Assembly (NCBI RefSeq): GCF_016432865.1
Contig: NC_067402.1
Location: forward strand, 278,442,001-278,506,000
Direction of reading: 5' to 3'
Length of the DNA stretch: 64,000 nt
From: Antechinus flavipes
Taxonomy: Eukaryota
Shown: piece by piece, positions 36,704-48,890 of the stretch
Layout of the letters: each line of letters starts with the position of its first letter
Numbering within the stretch: position 1 is the stretch's first letter
Notes under the pieces: model-generated
Told to the model about the DNA's origin: nothing
Database searches by the model: none
The model's input: only the letters and a program-made list of their open reading frames with translations
Program-made: the position numbers and the translations under genes

Positions 36704-37600
36704 CTGGAAAAGAAAAAGAAAAAAGCAGATTAATCATCTTACTATATGGACTTTTATCATTGAAGAAACATAATAGACTAATTTTAAAACACATACACAT
36801 AACACTATTTATAAAACTGATGGGCTTAAGCAAATTTAAAGAGGAGTTCAAATATCATTCAATCCTTCACTCTACAAATTATTTTTTAAAACTCAAAACA
36901 AACCTCTCAAAAAATGTCATTTTGAATAGCAAATGAACTTTTCACTAAGAGATCTTAATGTGTCAAATTCAGAATAACAAAAATATTAAAATCCTGAAAA
37001 GGGGAGGGGGGAGAGAAAGCTCTCAGAATCACAGGATCTTCTAATTGCAACCCTTCCTGAAACATGAAGCCACTCTAAAATCATTCCCAACAAGTACTCA
37101 TTTGCTCTCAGTACAGAAAGACAAAAAGCAAAAACCTCTTTACACCCCAAAAAGCTTTGGCATTTTGTCAAGCGAATAAATTCTGATCCTCAAGTTGGGT
37201 GACCAGTGGAATCTAAGGCATTAAATGTATAATATGTCAAAAGCAGGACCACTATCACCTCAGAACATTTAGGCAAAAGTAATGCACTATTTCTGCACTA
37301 TAGGAAAACAATAATAGGAAAGATTAAGAGGAGTTTGAAAAACTATTAGGAACTTATGGGAAGTAAACAGCACCAAGAAACAATATGCACAATGATAACA
37401 AGAGTGGAAATGAAAACACAAAGAAACTGAACAAGGTATCATTAAAACTATCATTTGTCCAAGAGAAAAGACAAGAAAATGTACCCCCTCTTTGCTAAAA
37501 ACATACCCTAAATATGTGAGATATTGTACATACTCAAATAATGTTGGTGTATTGATTTTGCTGAACTGCTTTTTTTTCTTTTTTCTCTTTCCTTTCTAAT

Positions 37601-37754
37601 NNNNNNNNNNNNNNNNNNNNNNNNNNNNNNNNNNNNNNNNNNNNNNNNNNNNNNNNNNNNNNNNNNNNNNNNNNNNNNNNNNNNNNNNNNNNNNNNNNNN
37701 NNNNNNNNNNNNNNNNNNNNNNNNNNNNNNNNNNNNNNNNNNNNNNNNNNNNNN
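37601..37754. other. Assembly gap (154 N)
   Basis: Run of N. Confidence 1.
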
Positions 37755-38809
37755 ATCCACTTTGCTACCAAGGTGCTAGAAAAGAAAGATGCAGATAAGT
37801 TGGGAAGGGATTTAAATGCCATAAAGATTTTTTTATTTGATCCTAAAGTATTAGGCGACCACTGGAATATATTGAGGAGGAGAGCAGTTATGTGAAGAAT
37901 TGATTAGAGAGGGCAATGCTAGGGACTTGAGCCAAAGAGACCAATTAGTAGACAACTGAAGTGGTCCGGGTGAGAGGTGAGGAGTCTGCACTGGGGTGGC
38001 AGACTAAGTAGAGAGAGAATTTGAATGAGGGATATTAAGGTAGAAATGACAAGATTTAGCAGCTGGCTGGATACTTGGGATAACCAAGGTTACAAACCTA
38101 GGAAACTGGAAAGATGATGGGTAGACGTGACAAAAATAGAAGAGTTTAGAAAAAGGATGTTTGGGATAAAGGAAAAGAACTATTTTGAATATGTTGGGTT
38201 TGATAAATGGAAATAAACAACTGGAGCAGAGAGGAAAGAATAGGGCTGGATTTATAGATATGGGATGAGATCACCAAATGAAAGAATACACAGAGAAAAG
38301 AGGCCCTAGGACAGAATCTTAGTTAATTCACAGTCAGGGATTTGGAAATTAACTAGGAAAAGAGACAAAAAAGAAGCAGTCAGATTGGCTGGAGAACCAA
38401 GAGAAAGTAGTGTTAAGAAAATCCAGAGAAGAGGGTGGTCAAACATTTCAGAGAAATGAAGAAAGATGAGGGTGATGAAAAGGCCATCAACTTTAATAAC
38501 TAAGAAATCAAGACTGGCAACTATGGAGAGATTGATTCTGGATGAATAATAAGATCAAAAACCAAATTGTAAAGATAGAAGAAGTGAGTAAGAAGAGAGG
38601 AAATGGCAGAAAGAAAAGCAGAAAGCTTTTTTCCTGGGAATTTTTGGACGTGAAAGAACAGAAAGATTAACAGTGTGAGGGGCAAAGGGAAGATATTAGA
38701 AGCATGGAGACATGACCATTTTTGTAGGTAACAGGGGAGAAACTAAAAACTGGGGTGAAAATGGGAGGAGGTAGAGATGATTGTGGGGACAGTGTTCTGG
38801 AGAGGGTAG

Positions 38810-39200
38810 CATTAGGTTACATGTTTAACAATGAGGTGATTCAGGCCAGTTCCAACGATCTTGTGATGGAGAAAGCCATCTGCACCCAGACAGAGGCCTA
38901 TGGGAACTGAGCATGGATCACAACATAACATTTCCACTCTTTTTGTTATTGTTTGTTTGCATTGTTTTCTTTCTCATTCTTTTCCTTTTTGATCTGAATT
39001 TTCTTGCGCATGCTGCATTATATTTGTGGAAATATGTATAGAAGAAGTGCACATGTTTAACATATATTGGATCACTTGCTATCTAAGGGAGGGGGTGGGA
39101 GAAGGGAAGGAAAAATTTTGGAACACAAAGTTTTGCAAGAGTGAATGTTGAAAATTGTCTATGCATGTGTTTTGAAATTAAAAAGCTTTAATTAAAAAAA
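38810..39200 (+). mobile_element. L1 3' UTR fragment
   Basis: GTGATGGAGAAAGCCATCTGCACCCAG..GAAAATTGTCTATGCATGTGTTTTGAAATTAAAAAGCTTTAATTAAAAAAA. Confidence 0.88.
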
Positions 39201-39227
39201 GGATAAATGCTTAAGGGTGCATCAGTT

Positions 39228-39908
39228 TGATGAAGTCCTGAGCAACTAGGTAGGGTTGGCAGAGAAACACTAACAGAAATGCTCTCTTTGGCAGGCAGGG
39301 AAAGTCCTGATGGGGATCAGTTTAACCTCATAATCCCACCCTCTGTGGAGATCATGGATGGCCACATCTTGCTATGTCCACTCAGAAATCCAAGTTACAT
39401 CAAACCCCTGAGGTTAAATTTCCCCTATAAATCTGTCCATGGCTCATGCCATTTTTGTTGAAGCCCTTTGGGTTACACCCACCACAGCATTCTGCCTCCC
39501 GCCTCTCCTCCCCCCTACACCTCTATTCTTTCTCAAACTCTTTTAGGATGCTAATCTCCTCTATAGAGTTAGTCTGACAGATAAGCTACTCCAATCTCAT
39601 GGGATGTCCCCTTTTCTCCTGGTTCCACTAGAAAACCTTTTTCATCATTAATTGCGAAAACCCCTTTCTTACTAACTCTATGCTCTCCCAATTCTACTTC
39701 ATATTTACCATTCTTGGTGTCTATTTTACCTCTTCATTTTGTCTATAACCTCTTCTCCTAAATAAACCTACCTTTTGTCAAAGGGAAAGGCCATTGTGAG
39801 TTCTTCACAAAACCAAACCCCAACATTTAGTGCCTACTATCTCATCATCTGGTGCTAAAGCCCAAATACATCATTTGGAACCAGAAATTGCTCTCCTAAA
39901 TCACATCA
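39228..39908 (+). mobile_element. LTR-like element (solo)
   Basis: TG...CA ends, TATAAA at ~39426, AATAAA at ~39761; homologous to 16320-17540. Confidence 0.65.
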
Positions 39909-40967
39909 TTTAGTTCACATTAAGTTCATCTTTAAAAAAACACTGGGCCACTTGCATTTAACTGAATGGGCCACTTGCATTAGTTTACCATCACTAAAGG
40001 TCTTTAGCCTTTGCCAGATGATCACATGATGGAAATGTTACAGAAGGACCTGCATGTTCTTGATATGATCTGGACCATTTAAGCCCTTCTATCATTCTTT
40101 CTATGGATCTACAAATGGATGACTGACCAGCTTCAAGCTGAATATCTCTGCAACACTACCAATACCCAAGAGTTGCACTCAGGCACCAAACACTATAATA
40201 AAGACAACTAAAGAAATGTTAAATAAGAGTAAAAGAAATAACCCCTACAGCTCCCCTTTTTATCTCTCCCTTCCCATCCCAGAGATGGACAGTAGGTACA
40301 ATGCCAGACTGAGTTCAAATCAGACTCAGATCCTCACTAGCTGTGTGACTCTTGGCAAGTCACTTAACCTATTTGCCACAGTTTCCTTATCTGTAAAATA
40401 GAGATAATATAAAAACATCTCGCTCTTGGATTCTTGGGAAGATCAAATAAGATAATAATTGTAAAGCCCTTAGCAGTGCCTGATAAATAATATTGTAATT
40501 AATAATTGCCTTATATTCAAAATAATAATGCCACAACTGTTACTTAAGAACAATATGTAGATTTACTAGACCAAAATATCAGGAAAATCTGACCATGATG
40601 GGAAGGGGGTGGAAGGAAGAGAATGGGGAGAAAGTGTTCTCTCTTAAGTATAATTATCATTATTGCTTTCATCTTAAGAAATGGGAAACAGTGCAACAAA
40701 TTAAAAGATAGGTATACAGAATGACTATATTATAGGAGGTGTAATCCTAAATTAATTTCTAAATTACTTGGTTTGATGATCTCATAATTTGTTTGGTAAA
40801 TGTATCCTATACTGGAGGAAAAAGGAGGTCCAGAAAAAAGCTGCTCTAGGGAATGAAACAATGGTTAACCAACAAAGGAGGGAAGGCAAAACTACTCATC
40901 CCTTCTTTTGTTTCTGTTTTCTCAGTTAAGAAAACTATTTGGATTGTCGAAAAACAATGGGGAGAGA

Positions 40968-41106
40968 ACAGCTAGACGGTGCAGTGGATAGAGCAGCAGC
41001 CCTGAAGTCTAGAGGACCCGAGTTCAAATATGACCTTAGATATTAACACTTCCTAACTGTGTGACCCTGGGCAAGTCACCCCCAATGCCTTGCAAAAAAA
41101 AAAAAA
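40968..41106 (+). mobile_element. tRNA-derived SINE (WSINE1-like)
   Basis: CAGCTAGACGGTGCAGTGGATAGAGC..CCCGAGTTCAAAT.. followed by poly-A. Confidence 0.88.
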
Positions 41107-41454
41107 TCACCCCCCCCACACACACACATACACACACAGTAATAGGAAATAGCATCTGGTTGTCCTCAATGAGTTTAGTATGGGTATACTAAATTTTAGT
41201 ATAGTTACCCCTAGGTAACTGCCTAACAGTCTTGCAAAGGCTGCAGATATGACTGATGAATGACTGTCAATGAGACTCAAAAGATCAGAGCATAGGTGAG
41301 CTACTGAAAAGAATGCGGAGTCTGCAACCAAAGGCCAATGAGCATGACTCTGACTTGGTAAAATCCCAGAACTAATTGTTTAAATGGAATGGTTATTTTC
41401 AATAACAAGTTATACTAAGATAACTTTATTTCCATTTTTTTTTTAAAGGATGAC

Positions 41455-42230
41455 CAGTCAGAGAAATGATCTAGATAACATTTATCTAGATTTTGTCAAA
41501 GCATTGGACAGTCTCTCAAGTGATTCTTGTGGAGAAGCTGGAGAGATATAATTTAGATAATAGTAAGTACAGTTGGGTAAATTAGTAACTGGTTTAATAG
41601 CTGGATCCAAAATGCAGTCAATGATAAGTAGAATATCAATGACAATGTCAAGGAAAATCTATAGTGCATTCCACAAGGATGTATCCTAGGTTCTGTGNNN
41701 NNNNNNNNNNNNNNNNNNNNNNNNNNNNNNNNNNNNNNNNNNNNNNNNNNNNNNNNNNNNNNNNNNNNNNNNNNNNNNNNNNNNNNNNNNNNNNNNNNNN
41801 NNNNNNNNNNNNNNNNNNNNNNNNNNNNNNNNNNNNNTAACTCTGTACTCTGGCTTAGTCAGAACATATCTAGAATATCATGTTCAGCTTTGGACACCAT
41901 ATATTAATGGCATTGATAAAAGGCTATCCAGAAGAGGAAAAGAAAGATAAGCCATTGAGAAGACATCATATGAGAAGTCAAATCCCCTCTGCAAAAAGAG
42001 AAAGCAGGTGTAATATTTAAAAAATTATTGGTGGAGGAAGGATTAGAAAGATGTGTTTCCTTTGACCTCAAAGATCAAAACTAGGAGTAATGGGAGAATG
42101 TTTCAGATGCTTGATATAAAGAAAAAATTCCTAACAATTATTATAGTGGAACGGGAACTCTGGAGAAAGTAGATTCCCTCTCATCTCAAAGACTAGTTGA
42201 TCAACTGTTAGTGATACTGTAGAGAGGATA
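41455..42230 (+). mobile_element. L3/CR1 LINE fragment (RT and 3' region), spans a gap
   Basis: DNIYLDFVKALD resembles the CR1 RT motif YLDFSKAFD; ..CCACAAGGATGTATCCTAGG resembles PQGSVLG. Confidence 0.75.
41698..41837. other. Assembly gap (140 N)
   Basis: Run of N. Confidence 1.
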
Positions 42231-42809
42231 TTTGTTGTGTTGTTCCTTCCAATTGTTTGATTATATGTTCAACCCATACCCAAAGGGCCATTGCATGATC
42301 CTCACAATAAACCACCTGGAAATTAGGACTCTTGCAATATATTATAGCTCTTAAAGCATTCTGACTCTGAAGGTATACTTTCACTTTTCATTTTTTATTT
42401 AATAACTTTTTCTTATGAGTTTCTGTTTGCAGTTAAAAATATATAAGAAGGAAATAGATAATATTTCATGTGCAATTAGCTTTCAGAGATACCATACTTG
42501 ACATGATGATATATTTAGTTATCTTAGCTTATAATAAATTCATTTATATCTTTCTTTGAGCTCTGCTTTAAATAATATTGAGAATTTCATTTTACATTTT
42601 TCCCTTAAATTACAAGTCTCTAAATTCAAGGAAGATGTCAAATAATTTATCTCCTTACAGGAACCCAAATTGTGCCACAAGGATTTTAATGATTGGCTTA
42701 ATTGACATCCATAAATCTAGTTGGTCTCCATTCAATCTGTCTTCCACAGCTAGGTGCTAAACATATATTCCTAAAAAAAAAATCAAATCCCACCATATCC
42801 CTGCTAATA

Positions 42810-44445
42810 AAATTTTTGGTTTTTAATTAAGGCTTTTTATTTTCAAAACATATGCATGAATAATTTTTTCAACATTGAATCTTGCAAAACCTTTTGTTCC
42901 AAATTATTCCCCCTTTTCCGCCATCCTCTCCCCTAGATGGCAAATAATACAATATATGTTAAACATATTAAAAATATATATATATATATATGTTAAGTCC
43001 TATATATATATATTTATACAATCATCATGCTGCGCAAGAAAAATCAGATCAAAAAGGAAAAAAATGAGAAAGAAAACAAAATGCAAGCAAAAAAAAAAGC
43101 CAATAAAAAGAGTTAAATAAAATGTTATGTTGTGAATGTGATCCACACTCAGTTCCCACAGTCCTCTCTCTGGGTATAGATGGCTCTCTTCATTACAAGA
43201 TCATTGGGACTGACCTGGATCATCTCATTTTTAAAAAGAGACATGTCCATTAGAATTGATAATCATATAATCTTGTTGCTGTGTATAATGATCTCTTGGT
43301 TCTGCTCATTTCACTTAGCATCAGTTCAGTAAGTCTTTCCAGGCCTCTCTGAAATCATTCTGTTCATCATTTCTTACAGAACAATAATATTCTATAACAT
43401 TCATATATCATAACTTATCCAGCCATTCCCCAACTGATGGGTATCCATTCACTTTCCAGTTTATTGTCACTACGAAAAGGCCACACATTTTTGTACATGT
43501 GGGTCCCTTTCCCTCCTTTATGATCTCTTTGGCGTATAAGCCCAATAGAAACACTGCTGGATCAAAGGATATGCACATTTTGATAACCCTTTGGGAACAG
43601 TTCCAAATTGCTCTCCAGAATGTTTGGATTAGATCACAACTCCACCAACAATCTATTAGTGTTCCAATTTTCTCATATCCCCTCCAACATTCAGCATTAT
43701 TTTTTCCTGTCATCTTAGCCAATCTGAGAGGTGTGTAGTGATAATTCAAGAGTTGTCTTAATTTATATTTCTCTGATCAATAGTGATTATTTCAATTTCT
43801 TCACCTGAAAATTGTCTATTCATATCCTTTGACCAATTATCAATTTGAGAATGGTTTGAATTCTTATAGATTTGCATCAATTCTCTATATATTTTAGAAA
43901 CGAGGCCTTTATCAGTACCCTTGAATGTAAAAATGTTTTTTCCCAGTTTATTGCTTCCCTTCTTCTAATGTTGTCTGCATTGATTTTGTTTGTACAAAAA
44001 GTTTTTAACTTAATATAATAAAAATGATCTATTTTGTGTTCAATAATGTACTCCTGTTCTTCTTTGGCCCCAAATTCCTTCCTTTTGCACAGATCTGAGA
44101 GCTAAACTATCCTTATTTCTTCTAATTTTCTTATAATATTACTCTTTATGTCTAAATCATGAACCCATTTTGATCTTATTTCAGTATATAATGTTAGGTG
44201 TGGCTCAATGCCTAGTTTCTACCATACTAGTTTCCAATTTTCCCAGCAGTTTTTATCACATAATGAGTTCTTATCCCAAAAGCTGGGGTCTTTGAGTTTG
44301 TCAAACACTAGATTACTAGTGTCATATGTCAATGACTACATTGACTTTTGTCCTGTGAACCTAACCCATTCCACTGATCAACTACTCTTATTTCATAGCC
44401 AATACCAAATGGTTTTGATGACTGCTGCTTTGTAATATAATTTTA
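42810..44445 (-). mobile_element. L1, about 1.6 kb 3' portion
   Basis: ORF 43408..43749 YHYTPLRLAKM..CWRGYEKIGTLIDCWW..FDPAVFLLGLYAKEII is the L1 ORF2 cysteine-rich C-terminus. Confidence 0.93.
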
Positions 44446-45689
44446 GGTGCTCATGAAGTTTTGATGGCTTCCTTTTCAATAGTTTCAAACTCCTGTGGGT
44501 TAGCAATTAAAGCCCTTCACAACCTAGCTCCTCCCATTTCCTGGGCTTTGGTCAAACTGGTTTGTTAGTTTCCATATGTACATGACACTTCCTCTCTCAG
44601 ATCAGAAGCATTCCATTGGCTGTTGCTCTGCCCTCTCTAGAAGGCCTTTCTTGACTTATCCAGTTATTAGTTGTCACTCCTTCTCCCCTAAAACAAACAA
44701 ACAAGAACCAAAAAAACCTATCTATACTTCGAACTGACTTATCCCTTCCCCTCAATAGAACACAAACTCTTTCAGGGTAGAGACTTTCATTTTTTGTCTT
44801 TGTAGCTCCAAAGCCTAGTATAATACCTGGAATATATTAAGCCCTTAGGAAATGCTTGAATTTAATTAGCTAATATTCTTTGCTAATTTTCAGCTCAGAA
44901 TATTAGAGTCCAATGTCTAACCTCATCAATTCCATTCAATGGCTAAGTCTTTTCCATTGGATTTTCTCAATATCAAAGTTCCATAACTAAATGCCTTGGA
45001 TTTTTTTTTTTTCTATTACTCTCTACCTGCCAAAGGGAGGACTACCAACTAGTCAGTGCCCTCAGTACAAATCTTAAAACCATTTTCAATTTCTTCCTCT
45101 TTGGCTATCTAAGGCCCAACGTGACACCATATTAAGCTGCCTTTTCCATACCACTAATAGTCTCTTTATTCTAATGAGCTCAGTTGTAAATTATTAGAGC
45201 ACTCTACACAGCTTCTCCTTTTCAGTAAATTTGAATCCTCCACTATCAGCTGCTATTATTATCATCTATCAATCTCACTCCAAAACACTGGTTTCCTCTT
45301 GTAACTCCTGATCTCGGAGTGAGCCTCATTGTCTCATCCTGGTCCAAGATCCTCTATTAGTTTTATCCTAAACTACCTCAGGATCAGAGAAACACATAAG
45401 TAGATAACTTGCATGACAAATGTCAGAGAGAGATACACCCAGATCCAGGGCCAATTCATATTGCACACACCCAAATGCTTGCTGGATTCATTTGGATAAA
45501 AAAGAAGGTACTATTAAATGAAATGAAATGGAAATAATCTATTTGATTTAACATGTATGCATCTTCATATTGTAGAATTATTTCATCCCTCACTATGGCC
45601 AAATACTTTATCAACAAGTGGTCAAATTTCTGGTGAAGAAGCATCTCCCAAATCTTTATTTGTTGCTCTCCTCTCTCTTCTGAGAGCCA

Positions 45690-46340
45690 ATCCTGTATCT
45701 CCAACTGCCTGCAAGACAAGTCCATCCCAAATATACCCAATTGATCTTTCTTCTAAATTAACTCCTCTGAGCTTCCCTATTTTTGTCCCTATTTCCCAAC
45801 TATTCTTCCTGCCACCCAGGTTTGTTACCTACAGTTCTTCCTTCTCACTCACTGATCCTTCGTCCAAATCTTCTCCAGTCCATCTCCTCTCCATTTCTCC
45901 CATCTTTTGACATCTCACCCCCCCCAACCAGACTCTCAAGGACTCCATCACAAGTCTCTTCCCTCTCCAACTAAAACTCCACACAGCTGACAAACTGATC
46001 TTTCTCCAGCACAGGGCAGATCATGGCACCACTCCCCACTGCTCTGAGGACAAAACACATATTCCTCTGTTAAAAATTTCAAGTCTTTCACAATCTGGCT
46101 CCAGGCTCTCTCTAAGAAAAGATGAACCCTTCCCTCCTCCCCCATAGATAAATCCCAAATCTCCATTGATTTGGAGCTCTGGCCAAAGCTCATTTAAGGC
46201 AATCTATCTCCCCCATGGAAGCCCTTGCACAAGCTGTCCCTCCCTACTTACACCTTTTCCGATTCTCCCTATATTTTTTCTCCTTCTCCTACCTACTCAC
46301 ATCCATATCAATCACTTAATAAACACTTGCTGGTTAAATC
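45690..46340 (+). mobile_element. L2 LINE 3' fragment
   Basis: CT-rich L2-type body ending CACTTAATAAACACTTGCTGG. Confidence 0.6.
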
Positions 46341-48261
46341 GTTGGGCTATGCTGATTTCCAGAAAACAGAGACAATCTGTCACTGAGACCAAATTCAAAA
46401 TACTGGCAACTCAGAAAAATCCTGATTTGTATTCTTCAGGCATTGGAAAAACCCAATCAGCTCCATTCCACGATAAGAAACTGGAGCAGGACTTTTGTGG
46501 ATGACCATAAAATTATCTAATACAAATATTCATTTATTTGACTTCATTTTTCTAAATGGGAATCCCTTTACTTAAAATAAATTAAAACAAATTAGCATTA
46601 ATTATGAATTTACATGTATTGAATACATTTACATGTATTCCTTATATGGGAGGAAACTGGAAGAATACTTAACTCTGGCTACTTTTAATTGCTGTATACA
46701 ATCTAGACAACACAAATAGTAAGGCTTGAGGACAAATACTGGTCCATAATCAAGTATTTATCAAGCACCTATTATGTGTCAGTACTGTGCTAGGTGCTAG
46801 ACAAATATTAAGAATGATACGGCCCCTACTTTCAATGAGTTTATATTCCAATGAGGGAGAGAAGTACATATAAAAATATAAATACAAAGAGGTTAGAAAA
46901 AGGTAAAAGTTTGGGACGGAAACCACTAGCAGATGTGGGAAGGGGAGATCAGCAAAGGCTTCGTGCAGAAGATCCTAAAGGAAAAGAGGAACTCAGTGTG
47001 GCAAAAGTAAGGAGGAAGTGCAGTCCAGACAAAGAGGATGGGCAGTATTTGAAGATGAAGCTTGGAAGTGAGGAGGAACAGAAAAAGCCAAGGTGGCTGA
47101 ATCACCGAATGAGGGAGAAAGAGTATTGTTCTTGGATGCCAGAAATACAGATTGGGGCTAAGTTGTATAGGGCTTTAAAAGCTAAGGAAGGAATCTTTCT
47201 AATTTATCTTAAAAGTAGGAAGCCAATAGAGTTGGTTGAATAAGGGAAGGGATGTGGTCAGTTCTGATTTAAGTAAAATTACTTTGGCATTATAGTATAT
47301 ACAGTATATTTAGAATGTTATTTAGTAGTATATAGTTTTATACTTAGTATATAGGATATGAATTTAGTATATTATTTAATAGCATGCTGTTATATATTTA
47401 GTGATATGTTCATTCAGTATTTTTTTTTTAGTCATATATAGACAGGATAAGGTGAAATGGTGAGAGATTTGGACCAGAGAGACCAGTTCTAGTTTTGCTG
47501 TTGCAATAATCTAGGCAAAAGGCCATGAGGGTCTGAACTAAAGTAGCAGCCAGATAAATGCAGAAAAAGGGTCAAATGCAAGAGACGCTAGGAAGGCAGA
47601 AATGGCAAGAATTGGTAATGGAGTGGATATGTGGGAGAGGGACTAGATGAATGGTGGGACTTGGGTAGAGAGCAGGAAGTTTGGAAGAAGGGAGAACTAG
47701 GTTAATGGATTCATTAATAAGATAATAAGTTCAACCATAAATATGATTCAGCTGTCTGAAACTATCCAAAGTCCAAATAATTTAATAAAAACAAAAGATA
47801 CTCAACATTTTCTAAAATCTTCATCAAAAGAAGTAACGTCACAAAATCATTAACCCTGAAAACTCTGCTTGCATGCTATATTCTAATAATTCTAATAATT
47901 AAATATATACATCCTATACCAAGCAAAACAAGTAGACAAAAGTCAAAAAAAAAACACCCATTAAAATAAAATCAACCGAACTTGGTTCTAGAAATAATAA
48001 TATTTAAATACCATATTTTACAAAGTAAGATTAAACTAAAAGATTCACCAACTATCTTATCCATACAATTAGAATACAAAGTATTTTTTACTTTAAAGTT
48101 ATTTTTTACTTTAAACTAAAGTTAAAGATGATTATACCAAATTTCAAATTTGTAATTTTTGTGATTGAATTAAGGAAAGTGAAGAAGCATTTGAGAAAGA
48201 AAGAAATGCAGCATGCATCTAAAATTAAGTGATTTTTCTTAGCATACTTAAAAAGTACATG

Positions 48262-48890
48262 TTATAATGAGATGATCCAAGACAATCCCAATAGACTTGG
48301 AATTCTCATCATAGCATGGAGCTGATTGGGCTTTTCCAATGCCTGAAGAATACAAATCAGGTTTATTCTGTGATGCTAGTATTTTGAATTTGGTCTCAGT
48401 GACAGATTGTGTCTCCTTTCTGGAAATCACCATATCAGAGAGAATTGTAGAGACTGAATGTGGATCGAAGCATAGTATTTTCACCTTTTTTTTTTTTTCC
48501 TTCTTCTGTTTTTTTTTCCTTTTTGGTTTGATTTTTCTTGCACAACATGACAAAGATGGAAATATGTATTTTTTAAAATTGCACACATAATCTATAAGAG
48601 ATTGCTTGCTGCCTTGGGGAGGGGAAAAGGAAGAGAAAGGAGGGAGAAAAATCTAGAACACAAAGTTTTACAAAAATGAATATTGAAAATATCTCAGGGG
48701 CAACTAGATGGCTTACCAGAGCACTGGTCCTGAAGTCAGGAAGACCTGAGTTAAAATCCAACTGTAAACACTTAACTTCAAATTTCACACCAAAAAAAAA
48801 GAAAAAAGAAAAAAGAAAGAAAAAAGGAAAAAAAAAAAACTATTTTAACATATATTTGGAAAAATAAAATACCATTGAGGGAAAAAATTC
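48262..48890 (+). mobile_element. L1 3' UTR with a 131-bp inverted templated insertion and a nested SINE (~48696-48840)
   Basis: L1 consensus is broken at CAATAGACTTG and resumes at TGGAAATCACCAT..GAGACTGAATGTGGATCG; SINE head AGGGGCAACTAGATGG. Confidence 0.88.
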
